Positions 1 through 7,458 of a stretch of 56,213 nt of DNA are shown here, piece by piece; the first letter of the stretch is position 1, and each line of letters opens with the position of its first letter. The DNA lies in IMG/VR virus record IMGVR_UViG_3300006108_000017, positions 1 through 56,213 of that record. The stretch is one strand, 5' to 3'. The stretch comes from a virus. Its lineage: Duplodnaviria > Caudoviricetes. A model generated the notes under the pieces. That model was not told the origin of the DNA. It saw only the letters and a program-made list of their open reading frames with translations, and did not search any database. Made by a program: the position numbers and the translations under genes.

Positions 1-339
1 ACCCATGAACATCACGTGAGGATCGGTGACGACGGCCTTTTCGTGAATCGCGGTCATCAGCTTCGGCAGCTCGTCGACGGCGATCTGATGGGCGACTTGC
101 CCCATCGAACCCGTGACGTCAAGACCAAGGATGATCGGAGTCGGATCCGGATTTTCCTCGCTGATGATGCTTTCCCGAAGCTGTAGCCCCTTGCGCTCGC
201 CCTTGCCAACCTTTACGTTGCGAGGGTCAAGCTTTTCATCGACGCGGTGAGAGAACACCTCAGCGCGGCTGGCAGTCCGGTAGTTGGTGGACTGAGCGTA
301 CGAGTCATACGCTCTTGAGTCCCATCTTGAATTTCCCAT
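1..339 (-). CDS. vWA (MIDAS) domain protein, 5' part; truncated by window edge
   Basis: Manual translation MGNSRWDSRAY...PIILGLDVTGSMGQ...DPHVMFMG with a DxTGS MIDAS motif; AGGA RBS upstream; absent from ORF track. Confidence 0.8.
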   Translation of the reverse strand, partial: MGNSRWDSRAYDSYAQSTNYRTASRAEVFSHRVDEKLDPRNVKVGKGERKGLQLRESIISEENPDPTPIILGLDVTGSMGQVAHQIAVDELPKLMTAIHEKAVVTDPHVMFMG

Positions 340-356
340 TGTCTATTCCTTTTTGA

Positions 357-1031
357 TTACGGACGGGTGAAGGGGCTGCCGGACTTACCTCCGAGGAGCC
401 CACCTTCTCCACCCATCATCTTGGACATGAGCATCATCTGCATCATTCCACCCATGGGATTTGCGGCGCCGCCTGCACCACCACCCATTTGGGTCATGAG
501 CATCAGAGGCAGCATCTTCTCGAGGTCGAGATTGTCGCCGCCCATCATCATCATGGGAAGCAGCATTCCTTGGAAGCCGGCGAGACCAGCTTCACCACCC
601 GGCAGCATCGTCATCAGGCTGCGAACAACCAGAACGCCGCTGTCGAGACCGAACATCTGGACCTTCGGAGGGTTCCACGTAGAGATAGAACCACCCGGAC
701 GGATCAGACGGAAGGTCGTCTTCGTGCCATCGGCGTTCTTCTTGATCTCCGTGATCCAGCCTGGCGCATCGCCGCTGGTGTAGATCAGATCACCGACCTT
801 GACCGATTCCAGCGGGGTGCTCTGAGCGAAAGCCGGAAGAGCGATGCCGAAATCTTCGAAGGGGTTGATCACGATGGTTGCATCGTCGCCTTCGCCTTCG
901 ATCGTTGCGATTTCACCGTCACGGGTGCGAACACCCAGGCGGCCAGACATCAGGTCCCATACGACGCTGTCGACCCGACGGAACATTCTGCCCATCATCT
1001 TTTCGACGGACATACCCATATTGTTTTTCAT
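357..1031 (-). CDS. Hypothetical protein with Met/Gly-rich C-terminal tail
   Basis: ORF 357..1091; start moved to MKNN behind AAGGAG. Confidence 0.75.
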   Translation of the reverse strand: MKNNMGMSVEKMMGRMFRRVDSVVWDLMSGRLGVRTRDGEIATIEGEGDDATIVINPFEDFGIALPAFAQSTPLESVKVGDLIYTSGDAPGWITEIKKNADGTKTTFRLIRPGGSISTWNPPKVQMFGLDSGVLVVRSLMTMLPGGEAGLAGFQGMLLPMMMMGGDNLDLEKMLPLMLMTQMGGGAGGAANPMGGMMQMMLMSKMMGGEGGLLGGKSGSPFTRP

Positions 1032-1068
1032 GTTAGTCACTCCTTGATTTGGTTGGTTTGGTGCTCTA

Positions 1069-2466
1069 TTACGCTGCTTGCGCGTTTGCACGAACTTGGG
1101 CGAAGGTCATGTCGCGGACGAGCTTGCCGTCACGGAACACTTCCTCCAAGGCCTGCTTAGGCCAATCTTCTACGCCACTGAAGTAATTTCCAGTGTCGTC
1201 CTTCATCAGGGTTACCCGACCCTTTTTAGAGGTCTTACCGTGGTCGGTGATCGGGTCCTTGTAGACGTCTCTCCAGAAGAGAGTCGCCTTGTCTCCCCGA
1301 ATACCGATCGAGCTGCACTTCATCGCGAACTTCATGGTGTCGCGATTGACCTGCTGCAGTAGAGCACCACCTTGACCGAAGGTGATGTTGTCGGCGCTGT
1401 AGCCGGCCATGTCGGTCACGAAGAGGATTGCACGGATCGTAGTGTGATCAATGCCGTCTCCCTGGATGACGCGAACATTGTTGAGGACCTTGTAGCCCTT
1501 GTCGTTGATGGTGTGGCCGAAATGCTCATCGAGAATGCGGAGGCAATCAAGAACCACTTCAGCAGGGTCACCGCTGTCAGGGCGAACCACCACGGTGGCG
1601 CCGCTCTTGATGACGTCTTCCTTCAGCTTGGTTCCCCAGAGGTGGCAAGCTGCGAAGATGTCGTAGCTGTCAGAGACGCAGGCAACCAAACCACCAGGCT
1701 TGGCGTTCTGCTTCAGCATGTTGCGGAAGGAAGTTTCTTCACCGTCACGGCCCCAGCTGGTTACCGTGCTGTGCTCCATCGCAGGGATGGAGAAGCCGGC
1801 CATCGGCTCATTGTAGAAGCGACGTCCAGCCAGAATAGCAGAGATCGTGTCAGTGCCCTTGAAGTTGATTAGGTGGGCGAGACCGCCGAGAGCAGCGCTT
1901 TCCTTGCTGCTAACGCCTCGGGCGCCGAAGTCCTGCAGCTTGAAGTCGATGAGCGAAGGATCACCTGTCTTCTCGAGAGCCTTGAGGATGATCTTGCGGC
2001 TTTCGTAGCTGTTAGTTGCGACCGTGGTCGGATACCAGATGGCCCGGAGGATTGCGGTCTCGAGGAAGCTGGTCAGCCAGGCGCACTTGGGATCAGTGTT
2101 CTCAATGGTTGCGAGAACGTTCTTCGTGGGGATGATGGCGCCCTCAGGAGCCGCCTTGATCACGACTGGCATGTAGCCCTTGTGCTTCTTGAGAATGTAT
2201 TCCCAGCCGGCACGGTTGAAGGGTTCGCCATGAGCGAGGATGAGTTCCTCAGCATAGTCGATGTCGGATTGGGTGATCGGCTTCATGAGGTAGCGCTTGA
2301 TGAACGCCTGCAGACCAAAGAAGACCGTCTTGTCCCAATGACCACCGCGGCTCTCAATGTACGAGTAGACGTACTCGGTCCCCGGAGGATACTGGTTGAA
2401 CTGGCTGTACTTGTAGCTGTCGCTATCAAGGATAATGCTATCCCAGTTGATTTCGTCGATATTCAT
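1069..2466 (-). CDS. nadV: Nicotinamide phosphoribosyltransferase (NAMPT)
   Basis: DSYKYSQ, DFGARG, PAMEHS, VSDSYD, RPDSGDP, IQGDG and KSKKGR-like motifs; 465 aa. Confidence 0.97.
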   Translation of the reverse strand: MNIDEINWDSIILDSDSYKYSQFNQYPPGTEYVYSYIESRGGHWDKTVFFGLQAFIKRYLMKPITQSDIDYAEELILAHGEPFNRAGWEYILKKHKGYMPVVIKAAPEGAIIPTKNVLATIENTDPKCAWLTSFLETAILRAIWYPTTVATNSYESRKIILKALEKTGDPSLIDFKLQDFGARGVSSKESAALGGLAHLINFKGTDTISAILAGRRFYNEPMAGFSIPAMEHSTVTSWGRDGEETSFRNMLKQNAKPGGLVACVSDSYDIFAACHLWGTKLKEDVIKSGATVVVRPDSGDPAEVVLDCLRILDEHFGHTINDKGYKVLNNVRVIQGDGIDHTTIRAILFVTDMAGYSADNITFGQGGALLQQVNRDTMKFAMKCSSIGIRGDKATLFWRDVYKDPITDHGKTSKKGRVTLMKDDTGNYFSGVEDWPKQALEEVFRDGKLVRDMTFAQVRANAQAA

Positions 2467-2470
2467 AGAA

Positions 2471-2512
2471 TAAGCTCCTTACTCTCAGGTTATCCAGAAG
2501 TCGTTCTTCTGG
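2471..2512 (-). promoter_or_regulatory. Putative structured leader of nadV (AACGA-loop hairpin plus SD hairpin)
   Basis: Minus strand CCAGAAG-AACGA-CTTCTGG, 12 nt, TAAG-GAG-CTTA, then ATG; same layout as 4141..4183. Confidence 0.6.
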
Positions 2513-2531
2513 GGTTAGCATGATGATCTCG

Positions 2532-2539
2532 TATAAATA
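2532..2539 (+). promoter_or_regulatory. T4-type late promoter TATAAATA for the GIY-YIG gene
   Basis: Exact TATAAATA 22 nt before the ATG at 2562. Confidence 0.75.
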
Positions 2540-2561
2540 CACAGGTCATCATGGAGGGGTT

Positions 2562-3104
2562 ATGAAGCGCTACGGGTTTATCTACATTACCACAAACACT
2601 ACCAATGGCATGAAATACATTGGACAATGTTCTGGTGATCCGGAGAGCTCCATGGTTAAAAGATACTTTGGTTCTGGCAAGGCCATTCTTCGAGCAATAA
2701 GAAAGAATGGTATTGAGAACTTTACAAAAGAGATTGTAGAGTTTGCAGACAGTCGTGAAGAACTTAATGCCGCCGAACGAAGGATTATAGCAGAGCACGG
2801 CGCCGTCAGAAGCAGAAACTACTACAACATTTCTCCAGGTGGAAGAGCGTCTTTGGGATTTACAGGAAAGAAACACTCTCTTGAAAGAAATGCTAGATTG
2901 AGCGAAAAGATGAAAGGCCATAGTGTCTCTCAAAATGTTAGAAAAGCCACTGCTGAAACCGGCAAGAGATTTGCTGCCAAAAATCTCAACACGGTCAGGG
3001 TAACTTGCCCGCACTGTGGTTTTGTAGGCTACAAAGGAAACTTGCATCGTTGGCACTTTTCTAACTGTAAGCTTAAACCCGACCAACCATCGTCTGAAGA
3101 ATAG
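2562..3104 (+). mobile_element. Free-standing GIY-YIG (Seg-like) homing endonuclease
   Basis: GFIYITTN...KYIGQ, YFGSG, YYNISPGG, NUMOD3-like GKKHS, C-terminal CPHC..RWHFSNC; GGAGG RBS; AT-richer and antisense to neighbours. Confidence 0.9.
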
Positions 3105-4140
3105 ACCAATGGTCCTCAAACCATCTATCTGTTTGTGAGAGTGCTTCGTTGATTGGGATCCACTCGCACTTCTTAACTTCTCCCTTTTGAGGACGGACTT
3201 TCGGGAGAGGCTTGCTGTCATCGAGCTTCAGAAGGTAGCACGTGGTGATCGTACGACCACGAAGGCTACGATCTGGATGATCGAAGATTTCCTTGCTGCG
3301 AACGGCGCCGTAGAGCTGAGCCTTGGAAAGCTCAATGCGGGTTTCTTCCTGCAGCTCACGAATGGCACCATCGAGAGTCTTTTCGTCTTGCTCGAGGAAC
3401 CCGCCAGGGAGAGCCCAGAGACCGACGCCAGGGAAGTTGTCGCGGACATTGACAAGGACGTGTCCAGATTGGATGACGCACGTATCAACCGTGACGAACG
3501 TGGGCGCATATGGTGCAGCTTCCCAGGCCTTCTTGTATCGCTCGATGAACTCGTACTCACGGACCAGACCTTCGTAGGCTGGGTTCTTGAGGAAGTCCTC
3601 GAGGAAGTAGTAGGTCGTTTGCGGGATGGATTTGGTTGATGCGATTTCCTTCTTGCCGAAGAGAGCATCGCGCACCTGAGTCGCGCTCAGTTCGAACCCG
3701 TAGTCGTGCTCCTTGACGAGGTCATGCTCGAACATGTCGCCGAAGGTGTGAAGGTACCACGTGGTCTTGTCACGATCGGCGCCCGTGAGGTGGACATCGG
3801 GATTAAGACCGATGACGTCCACGAGTTCATTGCACGCGCTGTCAACAGCTTCCTGAACACCGCGGATCCACGCTTGATCATTGTAAGGATGATCGTAGAT
3901 CGGCTTGATGAGGAGAGGCTTCGGGGAGGCGATCACGCGGTCAGCATAGTTGCGGACCATTTGGGCACGTTCTTCGAATGTGAAGGGGTTCTTGGTGTTG
4001 CGGGCTTGACCCGAACTGCCGACCAACACGAGGACAGCTTTGGACGTTTGAAGAGCTCGCTTGAGAACGGCGGCATGGCCGTTGTGGAATGGCGAGAATC
4101 GTCCGATGAAGACCGTTAGGCCTTTAAGTTTGTGTTCCAT
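3073..4140 (-). CDS. natV: Bifunctional NMN adenylyltransferase / ADP-ribose Nudix hydrolase (NadM-Nudix, NatV-like)
   Basis: GRFSPFHNGH, KNPFTFEER, SATQVR; Nudix box GGFLEQDEKTLDGAIRELQEET; FEDH at C-terminus. Confidence 0.95.
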   Translation of the reverse strand: MEHKLKGLTVFIGRFSPFHNGHAAVLKRALQTSKAVLVLVGSSGQARNTKNPFTFEERAQMVRNYADRVIASPKPLLIKPIYDHPYNDQAWIRGVQEAVDSACNELVDVIGLNPDVHLTGADRDKTTWYLHTFGDMFEHDLVKEHDYGFELSATQVRDALFGKKEIASTKSIPQTTYYFLEDFLKNPAYEGLVREYEFIERYKKAWEAAPYAPTFVTVDTCVIQSGHVLVNVRDNFPGVGLWALPGGFLEQDEKTLDGAIRELQEETRIELSKAQLYGAVRSKEIFDHPDRSLRGRTITTCYLLKLDDSKPLPKVRPQKGEVKKCEWIPINEALSQTDRWFEDHWSILQTMVGRV

Positions 4141-4183
4141 ACTGGCTCCCAGTTGGCTGATGTCCACAAGGATCGTTTCCTTG
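4141..4183 (-). promoter_or_regulatory. Putative structured leader of natV (AACGA-loop hairpin plus SD hairpin)
   Basis: Minus strand CAAGGA-AACGA-TCCTTG, 13 nt, ACTGG-GAG-CCAGT, then ATG. Confidence 0.6.
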
Positions 4184-4191
4184 ATCAAAAT

Positions 4192-4199
4192 TATTTATG
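4192..4199 (-). promoter_or_regulatory. Late-type promoter CATAAATA upstream of natV
   Basis: Matches the nATAAATA motif recurring before genes. Confidence 0.55.
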
Positions 4200-4235
4200 G
4201 AGCGGTGTTGATCAGGCAACAAAATGTTAAATTAG

Positions 4236-4264
4236 ATTATACCCTATTTGCCCGTATAGTACAC
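4236..4264 (-). promoter_or_regulatory. Early promoter
   Basis: GTGTAC...TATAAT. Confidence 0.7.
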
Positions 4265-4266
4265 AC

Positions 4267-4302
4267 AAAAATGGCCCGCACTCTAAAAAGTTGCGGGCCA
4301 TT
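4267..4302 (-). terminator. Intrinsic terminator
   Basis: ATGGCCCGCA/TGCGGGCCAT stem with T-run on minus strand. Confidence 0.75.
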
Positions 4303-4307
4303 CTGGA

Positions 4308-4574
4308 TTAGCGGGTGGCTTGGTAGAAAGCGCCGTCCTTCATGAGGTAGACTTGGTTCTTGACACCGTAGGCCATGTTGGTGAGACCGTGACCGGTAAC
4401 TTCAACCGGCTTGGCATACACGGGATCACGGCTGCCATTGTAGACATAGGTTGTCTTGATGGCGCCCGGAGCGCTAGGATCACAAATCTTGCCGAAGCAG
4501 ATATTGCTGAAGCTGTCGGTCGGGATGGCAACCAGATTGCGATTGCGGCGGAACTGAAGACCTTTGAAAAGCAT
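4308..4574 (-). CDS. Hypothetical early protein
   Basis: 88 aa ORF between an early promoter and a terminator; GAGG RBS. Confidence 0.7.
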   Translation of the reverse strand: MLFKGLQFRRNRNLVAIPTDSFSNICFGKICDPSAPGAIKTTYVYNGSRDPVYAKPVEVTGHGLTNMAYGVKNQVYLMKDGAFYQATR

Positions 4575-4607
4575 TTTCGTCGCCTCTGTGTTTCAATCGA
4601 TAATAAG

Positions 4608-4636
4608 ATTATACACAGAACCGTCAGGTTGTAAAC
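4608..4636 (-). promoter_or_regulatory. Early promoter
   Basis: GTTTACA...TATAAT. Confidence 0.8.
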
Positions 4637-4642
4637 AGGAAA
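4615..4642. repeat. 28-bp dispersed repeat, copy 1 (promoter core)
   Basis: ACAGAACCGTCAGGTTGTAAACAGGAAA identical to 52978..53005. Confidence 0.85.
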
Positions 4643-4645
4643 ATG

Positions 4646-4807
4646 CTATCCCTTTGCCAAAGCTAGGCCAAAGCACATTGCCATCCAGATTATGCCCACG
4701 ATACCAGCACCAATGGCGTGGTCTTGGGTGAAGCGATTGTGGTGCGGGACCCAAAAAGAAGCCGCGCACCCAAGACCGCCCATAAGCATGAAGGCGAGTG
4801 CCATCAT
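4646..4807 (-). CDS. Small two-TM membrane protein (53 aa)
   Basis: Manual translation MMALAFMLMGGLGCAASFW...IVGIIWMAMCFGLALAKG; TAATG coupling to upstream gene. Confidence 0.6.
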   Translation of the reverse strand: MMALAFMLMGGLGCAASFWVPHHNRFTQDHAIGAGIVGIIWMAMCFGLALAKG

Positions 4808-5157
4808 TAGATTTTCAGGCCCGATGGCTTAGTGAGATCGAGACCAGTCGTCTGTGAGAGGTACTGGTTTCGGACTTGCTCAGACGGCTTGAACGTCAGA
4901 ACAACCGCCGAGGCAGGGATTTCCAGCTCGGAGATTTCTGGATTCGAGAGCGTCCACGGCACGAAGGCCAGACCGATCTGACCAGGAGCAACTGGCTGGA
5001 AGCGGAGAATGTGGGGCTTGCGAACGACGTATGCCGTAATAGCGGCAGATGTAGAACCATTTACCTCGGCAAGAACCGTAGTTTCGGTAACGGTCTTTAT
5101 GACGCTGGCAACAACCTCGTCGCCACCGATCATCTTGAATGCAAGAACTTCAGCCAT
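4807..5157 (-). CDS. Hypothetical protein, possible Sm-like fold
   Basis: N-terminal FKMIGGDEVVA resembles small Sm-like proteins of T4-like phages; AGGAG RBS. Confidence 0.55.
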   Translation of the reverse strand: MAEVLAFKMIGGDEVVASVIKTVTETTVLAEVNGSTSAAITAYVVRKPHILRFQPVAPGQIGLAFVPWTLSNPEISELEIPASAVVLTFKPSEQVRNQYLSQTTGLDLTKPSGLKI

Positions 5158-5167
5158 GCTGGCTCCT

Positions 5168-5202
5168 AAAAATTAAGGGGTAGTCTACGGGCTACCCCTT
5201 AA
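5168..5202 (-). terminator. Intrinsic terminator after the beta-barrel gene
   Basis: TTAAGGGGTAG...CTACCCCTTAA inverted repeat plus T-run. Confidence 0.8.
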
Positions 5203-5219
5203 GTCTTCACATGAAAGGA

Positions 5220-5792
5220 TTAGAACTTGTAGAACAGGGTGGCGACGGCGCCGTTACCCGTGAGGTTCGTGCCCTCAGTGTGGGTGTAGACAACGTTGGT
5301 TGCCCAATGCTTGGTCAGACCAAGCTCAAGACCGGCGGAGACGCGGTTGGTGCGGAAGTCGTTCGAACCACCGAAGCTGTTGCGGTAGCGGTAGCCACCG
5401 ATCAGTGCGATGTCGGACGTCAGAGGCTTGCGAAGGTCGACTTCACCAACGTAGTAGTTGAAGTCACGACCACCGTCTTCGTAGCGACGGCCATAGGCTG
5501 CGCGAACTGAAGTTTCGATGCCGAGGACGGTAGGAGCAGCGTGAGAAACGCCGGCTTCGAAACCGCCAGAGTTCTTCAGACCGACATTCGTGGTTGCAGC
5601 AACGCCAGCAGCGTCAACGCCGAAACCGAGAACGGTAGTTGCGAGACCGGCAGATGCTTCAGAGATAACGGTCTTGGAACCGGCCAGCTTTTCACCGTCG
5701 TAGGTGGCGAAAGCGGTCACAGGAGCTGCAGAGGCAGCAACAGCGGTCAGAGTCAGGGCTGCGAAAGCCACACCCGCGAGGATCTTCTTCAT
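5220..5792 (-). CDS. Outer-membrane beta-barrel protein
   Basis: Sec signal peptide MKKILAGVAFAALTLTAVAASA; alternating amphipathic strands; C-terminal LFYKF beta-signal. Confidence 0.8.
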   Translation of the reverse strand: MKKILAGVAFAALTLTAVAASAAPVTAFATYDGEKLAGSKTVISEASAGLATTVLGFGVDAAGVAATTNVGLKNSGGFEAGVSHAAPTVLGIETSVRAAYGRRYEDGGRDFNYYVGEVDLRKPLTSDIALIGGYRYRNSFGGSNDFRTNRVSAGLELGLTKHWATNVVYTHTEGTNLTGNGAVATLFYKF

Positions 5793-5864
5793 GTAGTTCT
5801 CCTAGATTTGATGATATACTTTTCAGATAAAACACTCTGCAGAGCAGCAGTGTTGATGCGAAGT

Positions 5865-5872
5865 TATTTATG
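5865..5872 (-). promoter_or_regulatory. Late promoter CATAAATA
   Basis: Motif upstream of the beta-barrel gene, followed by a 5' hairpin. Confidence 0.6.
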
Positions 5873-5939
5873 CCGCTCGCAATCAGACGGTTTCAATCAG
5901 ATGGTGCGTTTAGAGGTGATCTGGGTGCAGATTCTGCGT

Positions 5940-6446
5940 TCAGACAATAGTCAGTTGAGGATTGGGTGCCTGAACAGGAGGATCCACCATCATCTGTTGG
6001 GCTTTCTGAATGTCAGCGGCGCACATGTCCGTCACTGCCAGCATAGAAGTTGGGGTAGATGGCTCACTCATCTGGTCATTCCCCTTAGAGGAACCCAGAT
6101 AAATCATGCCTGGACCAAAGCGACGCTGTTCAAGAATGGCAACTTTTCCAGTCGAGCAGTTTACCGCGACCTTAGAGAAGGTGGTTTTGAAAAGACGAGT
6201 GCGATCTTCTCTAATCCACGTGATGACGCTGTCATCGCTCGCGAGGTCGACGTTGGACATGTTGACCTGATAGGAAGCACCATCTGCCACAAGTGCCGTC
6301 GTGTAGGTTCCAGACGGTATTTGGGACTGGGCGTTTGCATATCGCCCAAGAACATTTATGAAGGACATGCCCAGGGTAAAGGACATGACAAGGCTGAGTG
6401 TGAATCTCATCCTGGAAAGCTCTATGGTCTTCATTTTGTGGATCAC
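5940..6446 (-). CDS. Exported or membrane-anchored hypothetical protein
   Basis: N-terminal hydrophobic segment, two Cys; GATAAATA at 6472..6479 upstream. Confidence 0.65.
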   Translation of the reverse strand: MIHKMKTIELSRMRFTLSLVMSFTLGMSFINVLGRYANAQSQIPSGTYTTALVADGASYQVNMSNVDLASDDSVITWIREDRTRLFKTTFSKVAVNCSTGKVAILEQRRFGPGMIYLGSSKGNDQMSEPSTPTSMLAVTDMCAADIQKAQQMMVDPPVQAPNPQLTIV

Positions 6447-6502
6447 CCCGACAGATTAGCGGCGTGCATGATATTTATCAAGCGTACTGAATCAGGCCAG
6501 AA

Positions 6503-6751
6503 TTATTGGCTCTTCCACGGCTCAAACACTCGCTCCATCAGTTCGCGAATGTCGGGAACGCGCTTGGCGTCCATGAGAAGATCCAAGTGCTCCTGCTCCA
6601 GCTTGAATGGTTCTTCTTTGATTGACACGCCGAGCTTCTGCTTGGCCCAATGAGCTGCACGATGTGTGTCTACATTTCCGTACTGGTCACAGAAGTTGTA
6701 GAAGATCAACAGAATGTCGATCTCCAACTTGGTGACATCAGGCTCATTCAT
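6503..6751 (-). CDS. Hypothetical protein
   Basis: Start MNEPD behind AAGGAG, downstream of the tmRNA terminator. Confidence 0.65.
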   Translation of the reverse strand: MNEPDVTKLEIDILLIFYNFCDQYGNVDTHRAAHWAKQKLGVSIKEEPFKLEQEHLDLLMDAKRVPDIRELMERVFEPWKSQ

Positions 6752-6770
6752 TTGTACGCGTCTCCTTGTT

Positions 6771-6800
6771 AAAAATGGGAGACCCCCGAAGGAGCCTCCC
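6771..6800 (-). terminator. Intrinsic terminator of tmRNA
   Basis: GGGAGGCTCC-TTCG-GGGGTCTCCC-ATTTTT. Confidence 0.85.
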
Positions 6801-7127
6801 ACCTAACCGTTCGGTGACAAGGTGGTCAGCCTCGTGAGGACTTAAGCCGCGAGGGCTACCTCAAATGCGTTATCGTTAGCATTTACTTTTTTCGCTTCCC
6901 TTAGGGGGAACGCCTATCCTGTCGCGCCCGTCATCTCAGCAACACTGTCGAAACTGGTCGGGCCCATGATTAAGCATTTGGCATCTCAACTGATACTTTT
7001 GGACACAGGTGCCGGTTTTACGGCTGAGCCAAATGCTTAATGGTGGACCCGCCGGGAATCGCACCCGGGTCCAATGTTCTTCAAGTCAAGTCGAATTACG
7101 ACAATCATCTCGGCCTTACGGCTTCGA
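6776..7127 (-). ncRNA. ssrA: Circularly permuted (two-piece) tmRNA
   Basis: Acceptor piece ~7127-7041 with T-arm CCGGG-TGCGATT-CCCGG then CGGGTCC-A-CCA; intervening segment 7040-6966; coding piece from 6965 GGGCCCG; 7-bp acceptor stem with G3:U70; tag ANDNAFEVALAA* at 6880-6842; outer ends approximate. Confidence 0.93.
6842..6880 (-). other. tmRNA tag reading frame (A)ANDNAFEVALAA*
   Basis: GCT AAC GAT AAC GCA TTT GAG GTA GCC CTC GCG GCT TAA preceded by AAAAAAGTAAAT. Confidence 0.9.
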
Positions 7128-7133
7128 TATTCT

Positions 7134-7162
7134 ATTTTATACCGCCACCACCAAAAGTAAAC
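7134..7162 (-). promoter_or_regulatory. Early promoter for tmRNA
   Basis: GTTTAC...TAAAAT. Confidence 0.75.
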
Positions 7163-7164
7163 GG

Positions 7165-7458
7165 TTATTCGTCTACCGAGATGTAGCTGTGGGCAATGAT
7201 TGCATCCACAACCTTGGCCTTGCTAGGCTTCTTAGCAGCCCAAACTTCGATTTCTTCTAGATCATGAAGATGATCTTTTTCATCTTCATCAATGGCTTTT
7301 CCAGCCATGGCTTCTACAGTGCCATAGCTCTTGAAGCCAAACTTCTTCATGATTGCTGCTGTCAGTGCACGAGCAGCATTGTCTTCATGGTGGACGAGAA
7401 TAAACTCTGGACCACCAACAGCTTCATTGAGTACAGAAAGTTCTTGAATAAGTTTCAT
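7165..7458 (-). CDS. Hypothetical protein
   Basis: 97 aa; GGAGG RBS; ATGA overlap. Confidence 0.65.
   Translation of the reverse strand: MKLIQELSVLNEAVGGPEFILVHHEDNAARALTAAIMKKFGFKSYGTVEAMAGKAIDEDEKDHLHDLEEIEVWAAKKPSKAKVVDAIIAHSYISVDE

Noticed and set aside
2520-3104. Group I intron housing the endonucleases
   Set aside because: All three nucleases are antisense, the flanking genes are complete, and no intron core is evident
2490-3221. 243-aa minus-strand ORF
   Set aside because: Antisense to the GIY-YIG gene and out of frame with natV; no recognisable domain
5541-6653. Long plus-strand ORFs (also 16485..17735, 21379..22326, 27187..28143, 41474..42448 and others)
   Set aside because: Antisense shadows of well-supported minus-strand genes, caused by codon bias; no motifs or RBS
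7041-7075. Stand-alone tRNA gene
   Set aside because: Only a T-arm and 3' acceptor strand are present; the matching 5' strand is downstream at 6959-6965 next to a tag frame, so this is a permuted tmRNA
7009-7260. 83-aa plus-strand ORF, and the 6752-6802 extension of the downstream ORF
   Set aside because: They overlap the tmRNA, its promoter and its terminator, and have no RBS
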